Shown: positions 42,040 to 51,859 of the stretch, one piece after another
Layout of the letters: every line of letters begins with the position of its first letter
Numbering within the stretch: the stretch's first letter is position 1
Source of the DNA: an uncultured Acidobacteriota bacterium
Lineage (GTDB): Bacteria; Acidobacteriota; Vicinamibacteria; Vicinamibacterales; UBA2999
Direction: 5' to 3'
Assembly: GCA_963729975.1 (NCBI GenBank)
Contig: CAVSPI010000002.1
Location: 998-64,997 of the forward strand
DNA length: 64,000 nucleotides
Made by a program: the position numbers and the translations under genes
Notes under the pieces: model-generated
The model's database searches: none
Seen by the model: only the letters and a program-made list of their open reading frames with translations
Told to the model about the DNA's origin: nothing

Positions 42040-44796
42040 ATGACGTTTTTGCGGCGGCGGAGCCTTCTGCTACCTTTCGACCGTGCTGAGACGTGCCCTT
42101 CGTTCTGCCGCCGTCGTTCGCTGCTCGTGACTGGCGCCGCCGCGCGCAGCGGCTGCCGGATACCGTCGTCCCCGAGCACTACACGCTCTGGTTTGCGCCG
42201 GACCTGCAGAAGGCGACCTTCCGCGGCCGCGCGACCATCGAGGTCGCCGGTCACGCAGCCGCCGGCGCGAGATCACGCTGCACGCCGCGGAGACTCGACG
42301 TTCGGCGAGGTGACCGGTCACCGCCGGCGGCACGGACGCAGACGGCACGGGTGACGCTCGACGCCGAGGCCGAGACGGCGACGCTGCACCGTGCCGCAGC
42401 GCCTGCCGGCGGGGCCGGCGACGATCGAGATGACCTACACCGGCATCCTCAACGACAAGCTGCGCGGCTTCTACATCAGCAAGGCGAACGGCCGCAACTA
42501 CGCCGTCACGCAGATGGAAGCGACCGACGCGCGGCGCGCCTTCCCGTCGTTCGACGAGCCGGCGTTCAAGGCGACCTTCGACGTCTCGATGATGATCGAC
42601 AGCGGCGACACGGCCATCTCGAACGGCGCCCAGCTGTCGGACACGCCGGGCCCGGAGCCGGGCAAGCACACGGTCACGTTCGCGCGCACGCCGAAGATGT
42701 CGACCTACCTGGTGGCGATGCTCGTCGGCGACTTCGTCTGCCGCGACGGCGTCCGCCGACGGCACGCCGATCCGCGTCTGCTCGACGCCCGACAAGCGCG
42801 AGCTCACCGGCTTCGCGCTCGAAGCGGCGCGAGCAGCAGCTCGCAGTTCTACAACGACTACTTCGGCATCACGTATCCGTTCGGCAAGCTCGACATCATC
42901 GCCGTGCCCGACTTCGCCGCCGGCGCCATGGAGAACGCCGGCGCCATCACCTTCCGCGAGCGGCTGCTGCTGGTCGATCCGGAGCGGGCGTCGCTCGGAG
43001 TGCGCAAGAACATCGCGGCGGTCATCTCGCACGAGATCGCGCACCAGTGGTTCGGCGACCTCGTGACGATGAAGTGGTGGGACGACATCTGGCTCAACGA
43101 GGGGTTCGCCACCTGGATGGCGAACAAGCCGCTGGCGGAATGGCAGCCCGAGTGGCACGTTGAGCTCGACGACGTCGAGGACACGCTGACCGCCGTCGGC
43201 GACCGATGCGCTGCGCACGACGCGGCCGATCCGCACGAAGGTCGAGACGCCGGAGGAGATCAACGAGGTGTTCGACGGCATCGCCTACGAGAAAGGCTCG
43301 GCGGTGCTGCGCATGATCGAGGCCTACGTCGGGCCGGAGGCGTTCCGGAAGGGAGTCGCGTCGTACCTGCAACGAATTACTCCTATGGCGAATGCCGCCG
43401 CCGAGGACTTCTGGAACGAGGTGACGCGCGTGACCGGCAAGCCGGTCGACCGCATCATGCGCAGCTACGTCGATCAGGCCGGCATCCCGGTGCTGACGGT
43501 GCGCAGCCGCTGCGTCAACGGCTCGACGAGCGTCGGCATCCGCGCCAGGAGCGGTTCTCCGGAACGGCCGCGGTGCGCAACGCCAGCGCCGCGCAGCTGT
43601 GGAGCCATTCCGGTCTGCGTGACGCCCGCCCGGCGGCGGCGCGCCGCGCTGCGAGACTCGTCGAGAAGCGCGAGCAGACGCTGACGGTGCCGGGCTGCAC
43701 GCGCCACTCCTGCGGTCGGCACCCTCGCCGGCGCCGCCGTTGGCCCAGCCACGGCCGGCGTGCTCGCCAACCCCGACAACCGCGGCTACTTCTTCACCGA
43801 GTACCAGCCCGATGCCGTGCGCGCGCTGGCACGTGACAGCACGCTCACCCCGTCGGACCGCCTCAGCCTGATTGGCAACGAGTGGTGGATGACCCGGTCC
43901 GGGCGGCACGACATCGGGGTCTTCATGGATGTCGCTGCGGAACGATGGCCAGCGATACCACGCCGGCGGTGACCGAGCAGCTGCGGCAACGGCTCGCCTT
44001 CGTCAGCGACAACCTGGTACCCGGCACCGCAGCAGCCGGAGTTCGCCCGCTGGGTACGCGACCAGTTCGCCCCGGCGCTCGACAGCCTCGGTCTGCCTGG
44101 CAATCCGAAGGATACGGACGACACGGCAGGCGCGCCGTGCGGCGCTGCTGACGACTGGTCGGCGTGACCGGCGACTCGGAGCGCGGTGCAGCGCCGCGCC
44201 CGCGAACTGGCGCTGGGCTACATCGACGATCAGACGTCGCTGCCCGCCACGCTGGCGCAACACCGTCCTGCAGGTCGCGGCCTCGTCCGGCGACGCCGCG
44301 CTCTACGAGCGCTACGTCGCGGAGATCAAGAAGCCGGCGCTCGATCCGGACGACTACTACCGCTTCTTCGGCGCGCTTGTCCTGGTTCCGCGACCCTGCG
44401 CTGGTGAAGCGCACGATTGCGCTGGCGCTGTCGCCCGACGGTGCGGACGCAGGATACCGGGCACGCTGCATCGGCGCACTGCTCGCCCGCCCCTGGTCGC
44501 GCGACCTGACGTGGGAGACGGTGAAGGCCCAGTGGAAGCCGCTGACCGAGCGCCTCGGGGTGTTCCAGGGCATTCCGTCGGTCGTCGGCGCACTACAGAG
44601 CTTCTGCTCGACCGAGAAGGCGGCGGATGTCAGGCGCTTCTTTGCCGCCAACCCAACGAAGTCGTCCGAGCGCACGCTGCAGCAGTCGCTGGAACGCATC
44701 GAAAGCTGCGCCGCGGTCGCCGCGCGGCAGCGTCAGGCGCTGGGCACGTGGCTCACGACGTCGGCGGCCACACGGGTGGCGGCCCCGGTGCGGTGA
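42040..44796 (+). CDS. pepN: M1-family aminopeptidase (aminopeptidase N-like), multiply frameshifted
   Basis: RLPDTVVPEHYTLWFAPDL, VTQMEATDARRAFPSFDEPAFKA, GAMENAG, and the zincin motif ISHEIAHQWFGDLVTMKWWDDIWLNEGFA. The C-terminal ERAP1-like region runs to 44796. Confidence 0.9.
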
Positions 44797-44870
44797 TGCC
44801 GCCAGCTGAATCGATTGTGGAGGGATGTGTGGGGTGAGTCTCGCGCGACTCGGGCTAGAAGAAAAACGCT

Positions 44871-45098
44871 CGCGAAGCGGTGGACAGAGCCAGGCCGCTT
44901 CGCGGCGGTGCCGAGAGACTGTGGCGAGTGCAGCTCACAAAATGGAATAGCTCCTGCGTGAGCCGGGACACGCCACATTCCCGGTCTGTCCCGTTCAAGA
45001 GCAAGAGCCGCGCCCTCGTCGCATCGCCGCTTTTCCGCGGCAATCCCACCGCCAATCGCAACGCCGCCCGGAACGAGTCTGCCCCCGGGCGGATTTTT
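44871..45098 (+). ncRNA. Candidate structured noncoding transcript (function unknown)
   Basis: Lies in a 450-bp coding-free gap. A 10-bp perfect hairpin CGCGAAGCGG..CCGCTTCGCG (44871-44904). A CCGGGA..TCCCGG hairpin (44963-44984). GGCGGTG (44905-11) can pair with CACCGCC (45047-53). It ends in an intrinsic terminator. No known RNA family is recognised. Confidence 0.3.
45064..45098 (+). terminator. Rho-independent terminator
   Basis: CCGCCCGG (45064-71), a 13-nt loop, CCGGGCGG (45085-92), then ATTTTTGT. Confidence 0.6.
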
Positions 45099-45253
45099 GT
45101 ATCGTGCTGGCTGCAGTTCGGACGTAACTTGCGATCAGGGATTTCCCTTAAGGCAAAACGCGCCGAAGCGCGAGGGCTTCCGCCCTCGCGACGGAGGCGA
45201 TGAGTGTCGAGGCCGCCAATGCAAGCGGCGCCGCGAGGCCTGAAGGCCCCGCG

Positions 45254-46632
45254 CTACGAGAGCAGTTGGAAGAAATCGGGCAGGTCCTTCTTGGTGTCGC
45301 GCAGGATCTCGACGATCGCCTGGCGGTCGGCCAGCGACAGCTTGGCGTAGACGGGATTGGCATCCGCGCCCGAGAGGACGTGCCACAGCCGGGCATACAC
45401 GGCGGCCTTCACCGTGGCGGGCAGCCGCTCGAACTGCGCGCTGTAGATCAGGTAGCTGCACGGGTAGCGAAGCAGCCGCCGGCTCAGATCGAGATCACGC
45501 AGCGAACGGCCGCGGCTGTCACGCGGCCCCTGTGCCGCGAACTGCCGCGCGAAATCGGATGTGCCCTGTATCGCCCCTTCGAATGGGGTCTCGTCCACGA
45601 ACAACAGGTAGTCGACGATCTCCACCGCCGCTTCTGCCACCGGCCGGATCGGTATCTCCTTCACCGCGCTGGCGCGCGGCCGCGTCGCCGCCAGCACCTC
45701 GTCGTCACGCCCGGCCGACGGCGACTCCTCGATGCGGCCCGCCACCAGACTCCGGCCTTCCGGCGAGCCGATGCGCGCCTCCCACGCCGCGCGCGTCAAC
45801 AGGTTCGCCAGGTGCATCTGGTGCTCCAGCGTCATCAACGCCACGATGTCGCTGTGCGGCGTCAGGTAGCGCTGCACGTCCACACGGCCCTCGAGCGTCT
45901 GCACGTTCTGGTTGGCGTCCGCCACCAGCCCGGCGATGTCGGCGGGATTGGTCACCACGCCGTTGCCCATATGGCGCGCGCCGCCGTGGCGGCCGGTCAC
46001 ATACCATCCACCCCACCGCTGCGCGAACGCGCTGCGGTGATCGTTGAAGTAGACCGGCGCGTACATGGTGTTGCCCTCGGGTGTCGGATAGACACTGCCG
46101 GCGAACATGCCCGGCACTTCCTCCGTGCTGGTCGACAGGTGGCACGCCAGGCACGACGTGTTGCGTTCGAAGGTGGGCGCGCCGGTGCCCGTCTGCCGCA
46201 ACGTGTAGAACATGGTCCCCTGCTCGGGATCCTGCGCGGCGAACTCGACGTAGTCGCCTCCCTGTACCCAGCCGACGGCGACCGTGTCGTTGAAATAGAG
46301 GGCGCGCGGCGCCGCGCGGACTGATCTTCGGCGCCTGAAAGCTGGTTTTCGAGAACACCAGCACCTGCGACGTCGGCGAGATGTCGAGCGACTCGAGGAC
46401 GGCGCGCAGATAGCCGAATTCCCCGTCATAGGCGAGCCGGCGCTCGCCAGCGGCGAGCTGACGCTGCAGTACGGCGACGGCGTCCTGGGGCGGCCGGGTG
46501 TGATAGCCGATCGCCGGATGGCTTCGCGACAGCGTGAAGCCGGTGGCAATCTGCCCCGCCGCCACCGCACCGAAGAGCAGCAGGCAGGCCACGATGGCGC
46601 AGGGCAGGACGATAGCGCCTGGACGTGTGCAT
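45254..46632 (-). CDS. Exported conserved hypothetical protein with a single CXXCH haem-binding motif, frameshifted near the N-terminus
   Basis: Signal-peptide-like (M)..AIVLPCAIVACLLLFGAVAAGQ (ORFs 46426..46632 and 45705..46592). The body is in ORF 45254..46774 and includes FERNTSCLACHLSTS. Confidence 0.6.
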
Positions 46633-46696
46633 CGCTCGAATCCCGGTTTGAGTGCCGTCTGTGTGCCACGTGCCGCCGGTTGACAGCGGCCGGACT

Positions 46697-46721
46697 AAAG
46701 ATGCATATAATATGCATCTTT
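46697..46721. promoter_or_regulatory. NsrR/Rrf2-type operator (perfect 12-1-12 inverted repeat)
   Basis: AAAGATGCATAT-A-ATATGCATCTTT. The half-site matches the enterobacterial NsrR half-site AAGATGCATTT. It embeds a TATAAT and lies between divergent genes (starts at 46632 minus and 46794 plus). Confidence 0.8.
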
Positions 46722-46793
46722 GGGAGAGCCAGTGCCAGCAATTTTCGACGGGCGCCGGCGGTCTTCGAATTCACCCCACGGGCCGTTTCACCG

Positions 46794-47294
46794 ATGCAAC
46801 TGAGCCTGCACGCCGACTATGCCCTTCGCGTGCTGATCTACCTGGGCGCCCACCCCGGACAAGTCGTGCGCACGCAGGAAATCAGCCACGCCTACAGCAT
46901 TTCGAAGCACCACCTCGTCCGGGTGGTGCAGACGCTGGGCGAGCACGGCTATGTCCACATCCATGCCGGCCGCACCGGCGGCGTGACGATGGCCCGGCCG
47001 GCGAGCCAGATCAGGCTCGGGGCCGTCGTGCGCGACACCGAGCCGAACTTCAGGCTGGTGGAATGCTTCGACCCGGAGACCAACAGCTGCCCCATCGCGC
47101 CAGCCTGCGCGCTCAAGCGCGCCCTGGCCCAGGCACTCGACGCGTTCATCGCCACCCTGGACGGCTACACCCTCGCCGACGTCATCGGCTCCGGTACCGA
47201 TCCGTCAACGGCGGACCCGCGGCCGCTGCCGCCTGCTCAGCACTCGCTCGGCTGCCCGGCGCGTGAGACCCGCACCGATCAGCTGACGGACTGA
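46794..47294 (+). CDS. nsrR: Rrf2 family transcriptional regulator, NsrR-like
   Basis: Intact. MQLSLHADYALRVLIYLG...ISKHHLVRVVQTLGEHGYV..RTGGVTMARPASQIRLGAVVRDTEP. Three Cys ligands in ECFDPETNSCPIAPAC. Also LDGYTLADV. It aligns closely by eye with E. coli NsrR. Confidence 0.85.
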   Translation: MQLSLHADYALRVLIYLGAHPGQVVRTQEISHAYSISKHHLVRVVQTLGEHGYVHIHAGRTGGVTMARPASQIRLGAVVRDTEPNFRLVECFDPETNSCPIAPACALKRALAQALDAFIATLDGYTLADVIGSGTDPSTADPRPLPPAQHSLGCPARETRTDQLTD

Positions 47295-48780
47295 GGCCAT
47301 CCGCGCGGATCGCGCGCGCGACCGGCCGTCCCGATCAGCCACGCCGCAGTCGACCGAGCTGGCCACCGCCAGGCCGACCGCAATCCAGAGCACCGTCCGA
47401 TAGCCGGCGACAAAGGCGCGCTGGATGGCCTGCGCGTGCCTCGCTGCGCTGTCTCGATCGCCGCCAGGTTGTGGCGCTGCGCCTCGACGTGGGCGCGCAC
47501 GTCGGCCGGCAGCTGCAACGCCGTCAGTTCGCTATCGAGCGCCCGGTTGAAGGCGGCGTAGAGCAGCGGCTCCGAGCACGGCAATCGCCATCAGCCCGGC
47601 AACGCGTGAGACGGCGTTGTTGATGCCGGACGCGACGCCGGCACGGTCCTGCGCCACCGAGTTCATCACGGTGGTGGTGAGCGGTGCCACGCTGATCGCC
47701 ATGCCCGAAGCCGAGCACCAGCGCCGCGGGAAAGAAGGTGACCCAGTACGATCCGCCGACGCCGGGACGCGCGAAGAGCGCGAAGCCCGCGGCGGCGAGC
47801 AGCGGTCCGACGATCAGCGGCGTTCGCGCCCCGTATCGGCTGGATCAGCCCGCCCGACCAGCGCGACAGCAGGAACATCAGGACGATGAACGGCAGCAGC
47901 GCCGCGCCGGCCGCGGTCGGCGGAATAGCCCTGCACCTGGATCAGGTTCAGCGGAAAGAAGAACAGCACGCCGCTCAGCGCGGCGTAGAGCAGCAGGGTC
48001 AGCAGGTTGGCGCCGCTGAAGCTGCGCGAGCGGAAGAGCGCCGAGCGGCAGCATCGGCGCCGGCGATCGTGATTCGTGCACGAAGAAGCCGCGACGAGCA
48101 GCAGCACGCCGAGGCCACCGGCCCACGGCGATCGACTTCGATCAGCGCGTAGACCACGGCGCCGAGGCCGCCGCCGTGAGCAGGACGCCAGGCCAGTCGA
48201 GTCGTTCGTCCGCGTGCGATCGCGCGCGTTTCCGGCACACGCCAGGAACGTGATCGCCAGGACGAGCAGCGCCAGCGGCAGGTTGATGAAGAAGACCCAG
48301 CGCCACGAGAACGTGCTCGACCAGCCAGCCGCCCAGCACCGGACCGAGCGCCGCCGTGATCGCGGTGAAGCCGGACCAGGTGCCGATGGCGCGGCCTCGT
48401 TCGGCGGCCGGAAAGGAGGCGCTGATGAGCGACAGGCTGCCCGGCACGAGCAGCGCGGCACCGACGCCCTTGCAGGCCGCGCGCGGCGATCAGCTCGCCA
48501 ATCGTCCGCGACAGGCCGCACCAGCCGGATGCCATCGCGAAGAGCGCGACGCCGGCGGCGAACACCATGCGCCGGCCCGCGCGACGTCGCCGAGCGACCC
48601 ACCGGCCAGCAGCAGCGCCGCCAGGGTCAGGGCGTAGGCCTCGACCACCCATTGCACGTCGGCCAGCGATGCGTCGAAGGCCGATTGCAGCGCCGGGAGC
48701 GCCACGTTGACGACCGTGCTGTCGATGAAGGCCAGGCTCGACCCGAGAATCGTCGCCGCCAGTACCCAGCGCCCGTGCAC
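47279..48780 (-). CDS. MFS transporter (DHA2/EmrB-like), multiply frameshifted
   Basis: [107 protein letters not shown], and further TM segments in four overlapping ORFs. Confidence 0.85.
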
Positions 48781-49114
48781 TGCTCGCCGGGGCGTTCGGC
48801 ACCAGCGCGCGTCAGGATCGCCGCCTCATCGCACGGAGTTCGCACGATGACGGACATGCGATGACACTGTACCGCCATCCTGTCGTGCACGCCACACGGG
48901 CGCCGCGTGCCCGGACGCTGCCTGGCACGCATGTCGCCCGGCCGAATCGAGCCGCGCCGCGGTCGCCGTCTCGATCGCCCGGCACCGATGCCGACACCGG
49001 TACTCGCCTGGCTGTGCGGTTCGCGACATCGCCGTGCCCGCTCTCCGGCTAGGCTTGCCCGAGCACCCGCACCAGATCACCAGAACACCGGCCTCGATGG
49101 CGGCACGAGTGAAT

Positions 49115-49495
49115 ATGACCGACCCTGAGAGCCCGCTGTCCGTGCCGTCGAATCCGCCCCAGACAACGGGCATTGCCGCGGCGTCGCGGCCGGTGCTCGA
49201 TGCCCAGGCCATCGACGCCGGTATCGATCGCCACCGGATAGCCCGCAGCGCCTACGAACTCTGGGAGGCACGACGGGATGGCCGCGGACACGCCGACGCC
49301 GACTGGTTCCAGGCCGAGATCGAGGAGATGGTGCGGCGCGACGAATTGCGCAAGACTCTCGAGGAGGGACCGGTCACACGCCGGCCGACGGCCTGCCCGG
49401 CATCCGGTAGCCGCGCAGCCCCGCCGGAACCGGCGAGACGCCCGGCCGCTGTCCTCAGCTGCGGTCGGCGGCGCAGATCGGCAGGCGGACGGTGA
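49115..49495 (+). CDS. DUF2934 domain protein; end uncertain
   Basis: RIARSAYELWEARRDGRGHADADWFQAEIE is the DUF2934 signature. The ATG at 49115 is chosen within ORF 49034..49495. Confidence 0.55.
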   Translation: MTDPESPLSVPSNPPQTTGIAAASRPVLDAQAIDAGIDRHRIARSAYELWEARRDGRGHADADWFQAEIEEMVRRDELRKTLEEGPVTRRPTACPASGSRAAPPEPARRPAAVLSCGRRRRSAGGR

Positions 49496-50610
49496 ACGTG
49501 GCGCCGCAGCCGAGGCCGTCACTCTCTGCCAGCACGAACCCGCCGTGCAGGTGCACGAGCTGCTGCACGATGGAGAGGCCGAGACCGAGACCGGCGACAT
49601 TGCCATCGGCCTGGCGGAAACGCTCGAACACGAAGGGAGAGAATCCGCGTCGATGCCGCGCCCGGTGTCGACACCCGCACCTCCATCTGACCGGCCTTGG
49701 GCGCGATGGAGAGGTGACGGTGCCCCCGTCGTTGGAGAAGGTGATCGCGTTCGTCAGCAGGTGCCAGATCACCTGCTGCAGCCGGGCGGCATCGCCGGTG
49801 ACGTGAACCGGCGCCGGGTTCGCTGGCCGCGAGCAGCATCGTCACCTTCTTCGTCAATGCCAGCGGTTGCACCGCCTGCAGCGCGGCCTCGGCCACCACC
49901 ACCAGATCGATCGGCTCGCGAGCAGGTCGAGCGTGCCCGCGACGATCGGGGCGACGTCGAGCAGATCGTCGATCAGGCGGGCCAGCGCGGCGGCGTTGCG
50001 CTCGATGGTCGCGATGGCGTGTTGCGCGCGATCGGGCTGCGAAACTGGTTCGACGCCGAGCATCCGCGCCCAGCCGAGCACGGCATTCAGCGGCGTGCGC
50101 AGTTCGTGCGATACCGTGCTGAGGAATTCGTCCTTCAGGTCGTTGGCGTGCTCGGCGTCCTCGGTCATCGCCTGCGCATGAATGGTGCTGACCACCAGGC
50201 GGGCGTTGGCGTCGCGCACCTGCGTCATCAACTGCGCGAGCTCGAGACGGACGTGCGCCGCCTCCTCACGGACCCGCATCACCTCGTCGCCCCGCAGCGA
50301 GAGCTGTTCACGCAGGCCGGCGGCCCGCTCGCGCGCGCGCATCGTCTCGTCGTCGAGCGCCGACGATTCCTCGCGGAGGTGCTGCGGCCTCTTCGCGCGC
50401 GTGCACCGCCTCCTCGCCGAGCGCCGAGTGCTCCTCGCGCACGTCGGCCGCCTCTTCGCGCAGGTCCGCCGCCTCCTCGCGCTGGCTGACGGTCTCTTCG
50501 CGGGCGGCGACCGCGCCTTCGCAATCGTGCTGCGTTGCGCTGTCCTCGGCGAGCACCAGCGCCGCCGGTGCTGGGGGTGCAAGTTGTGAATGGAGATCAT
50601 TGTCGGACAT
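49455..50610 (-). CDS. Soluble (no TM) sensor histidine kinase with an N-terminal heptad-repeat coiled coil, frameshifted
   Basis: H box DEFLSTVSHELRTPLNAVLGW. N box WHLLTNAITFS. FERFRQAD and GLGLGLSIVQQLVHLHGG. The N-terminus carries repeated REEAAxx units. No response regulator is adjacent. Confidence 0.85.
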
Positions 50611-50731
50611 GCCACCTCGGCCGCGTCGGGTGACACAGCTTCTGGATCCATTTCGGGTCGAGCCAGGCATACCAACGCTGAGCTGCCTTCGAGGAGTCTC
50701 CGGCGCGGTGGCGGGGAGCGGAGCGACGCGG

Positions 50732-51703
50732 CTATTGTTCCTTGCCTTCGGCTTCGAGGTAGACCTTGCGCACGGCGTCCGGGAGATTGTTCGTCGCGCG
50801 ATACCAATACTGGAACTCGCCCAGGCTGATCGCCCGCGGCACCCCGGCCAGCGGCACACCGGCCTTGTGCAGCCGCTGCCCCTCCGAGACCAGGTTCTCC
50901 AGCGCCCGCCGGAAGTTGACCAGCTCTTCCCTCAGTACATCGGCGCTGTCGACGAACCCGTGTCCCGGAATGACCAGTGCGGCCTTCAGGGCCTCGGCCT
51001 TCTTGATCGTCCCGATCCAGTCCGAGGGGAAGGCGCTGAAGTTGCCGCCCATCGATGGGTAGAGGCGGTTGAAGAACGTCTCGCTCATGAACAGGATGTT
51101 CTGCTGCGGCAGGTAGACCTGCAGATCGCCACCAGTGTGCGATCGGCCGAGAAACAGAATCCGGATCTCGGTGCCGCCCAGCATCAGGACGCGGGCGTCA
51201 CTGACGGTCTCGCCGATCACGGGGTTGCGCCAGCCTCCGCCGCCGCGCCCGGCGGCCGCGGCGCGCTCGATTGCCGTCTTCGACGTGGGATGGGCGATGT
51301 AGGTCACCCCTTGCGGGAAGGCGTTGTTGCCGGCAACGTGGTCGGCATGGTCGGCGGCGATGACGACATATCTGATTGGCTGCGAGGTCAGCCTGGCAAT
51401 CGCCTCGACCATCCGCTTCGTCTTCGCCTCGTTGCCCTGGCCATCGGCCACCAGCACGCCGTCGGGCGTGACGACGATGAAACTGTTGGTGGTGAAGCCG
51501 GTGTTGCCGGTGACGTCCGGCCCCATGAGGTCTTCATAGGCGTAGACGTTCTCGGCCAGCCGCTTGAGGCGCGGAAAGTCCTGCAGCGTGAACCCACGCA
51601 CGGCGGCGTCGGCGGTGCGGACGACCTGCGCTGAGGCGCCTGACGCATCGAGCAGCAGGCCGAGACACGCCAGCGCAGCACCAATCGCGCATCGATTGGA
51701 CAT
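50732..51703 (-). CDS. Exported MBL-fold (beta-lactamase-like) hydrolase
   Basis: Intact. Signal peptide MSNRCAIGAALACLGLLLDASGASAQ. VVIAADHADHVAGN and GRSHTGGDLQVYLP. The ATG is chosen within ORF 50732..52141. Confidence 0.7.
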   Translation of the reverse strand: MSNRCAIGAALACLGLLLDASGASAQVVRTADAAVRGFTLQDFPRLKRLAENVYAYEDLMGPDVTGNTGFTTNSFIVVTPDGVLVADGQGNEAKTKRMVEAIARLTSQPIRYVVIAADHADHVAGNNAFPQGVTYIAHPTSKTAIERAAAAGRGGGGWRNPVIGETVSDARVLMLGGTEIRILFLGRSHTGGDLQVYLPQQNILFMSETFFNRLYPSMGGNFSAFPSDWIGTIKKAEALKAALVIPGHGFVDSADVLREELVNFRRALENLVSEGQRLHKAGVPLAGVPRAISLGEFQYWYRATNNLPDAVRKVYLEAEGKEQ

Positions 51704-51859
51704 CGCACGCTCCCTTGAAGTCGCCGCACTGTAACCCAACGCCCTCGGCTTGTCTTGGGCGCCGGCTCGATGTCTACTGGCACGGTCGCCGACGCGGCCG
51801 GCTCGGCCAGAGACCGCCTGTCGTGCGCGTCGTCCTGTCGGAACCCGAACGAGGCCACC

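Noticed and set aside
44880-45203. The 107-aa ORF (and antisense ORFs 44855..45061 and 44733..44978) in the pepN-downstream gap as protein genes.
   Set aside because: There are no family motifs, the composition is odd, and the ORF runs through two strong hairpins and a terminator. The region is treated as noncoding.
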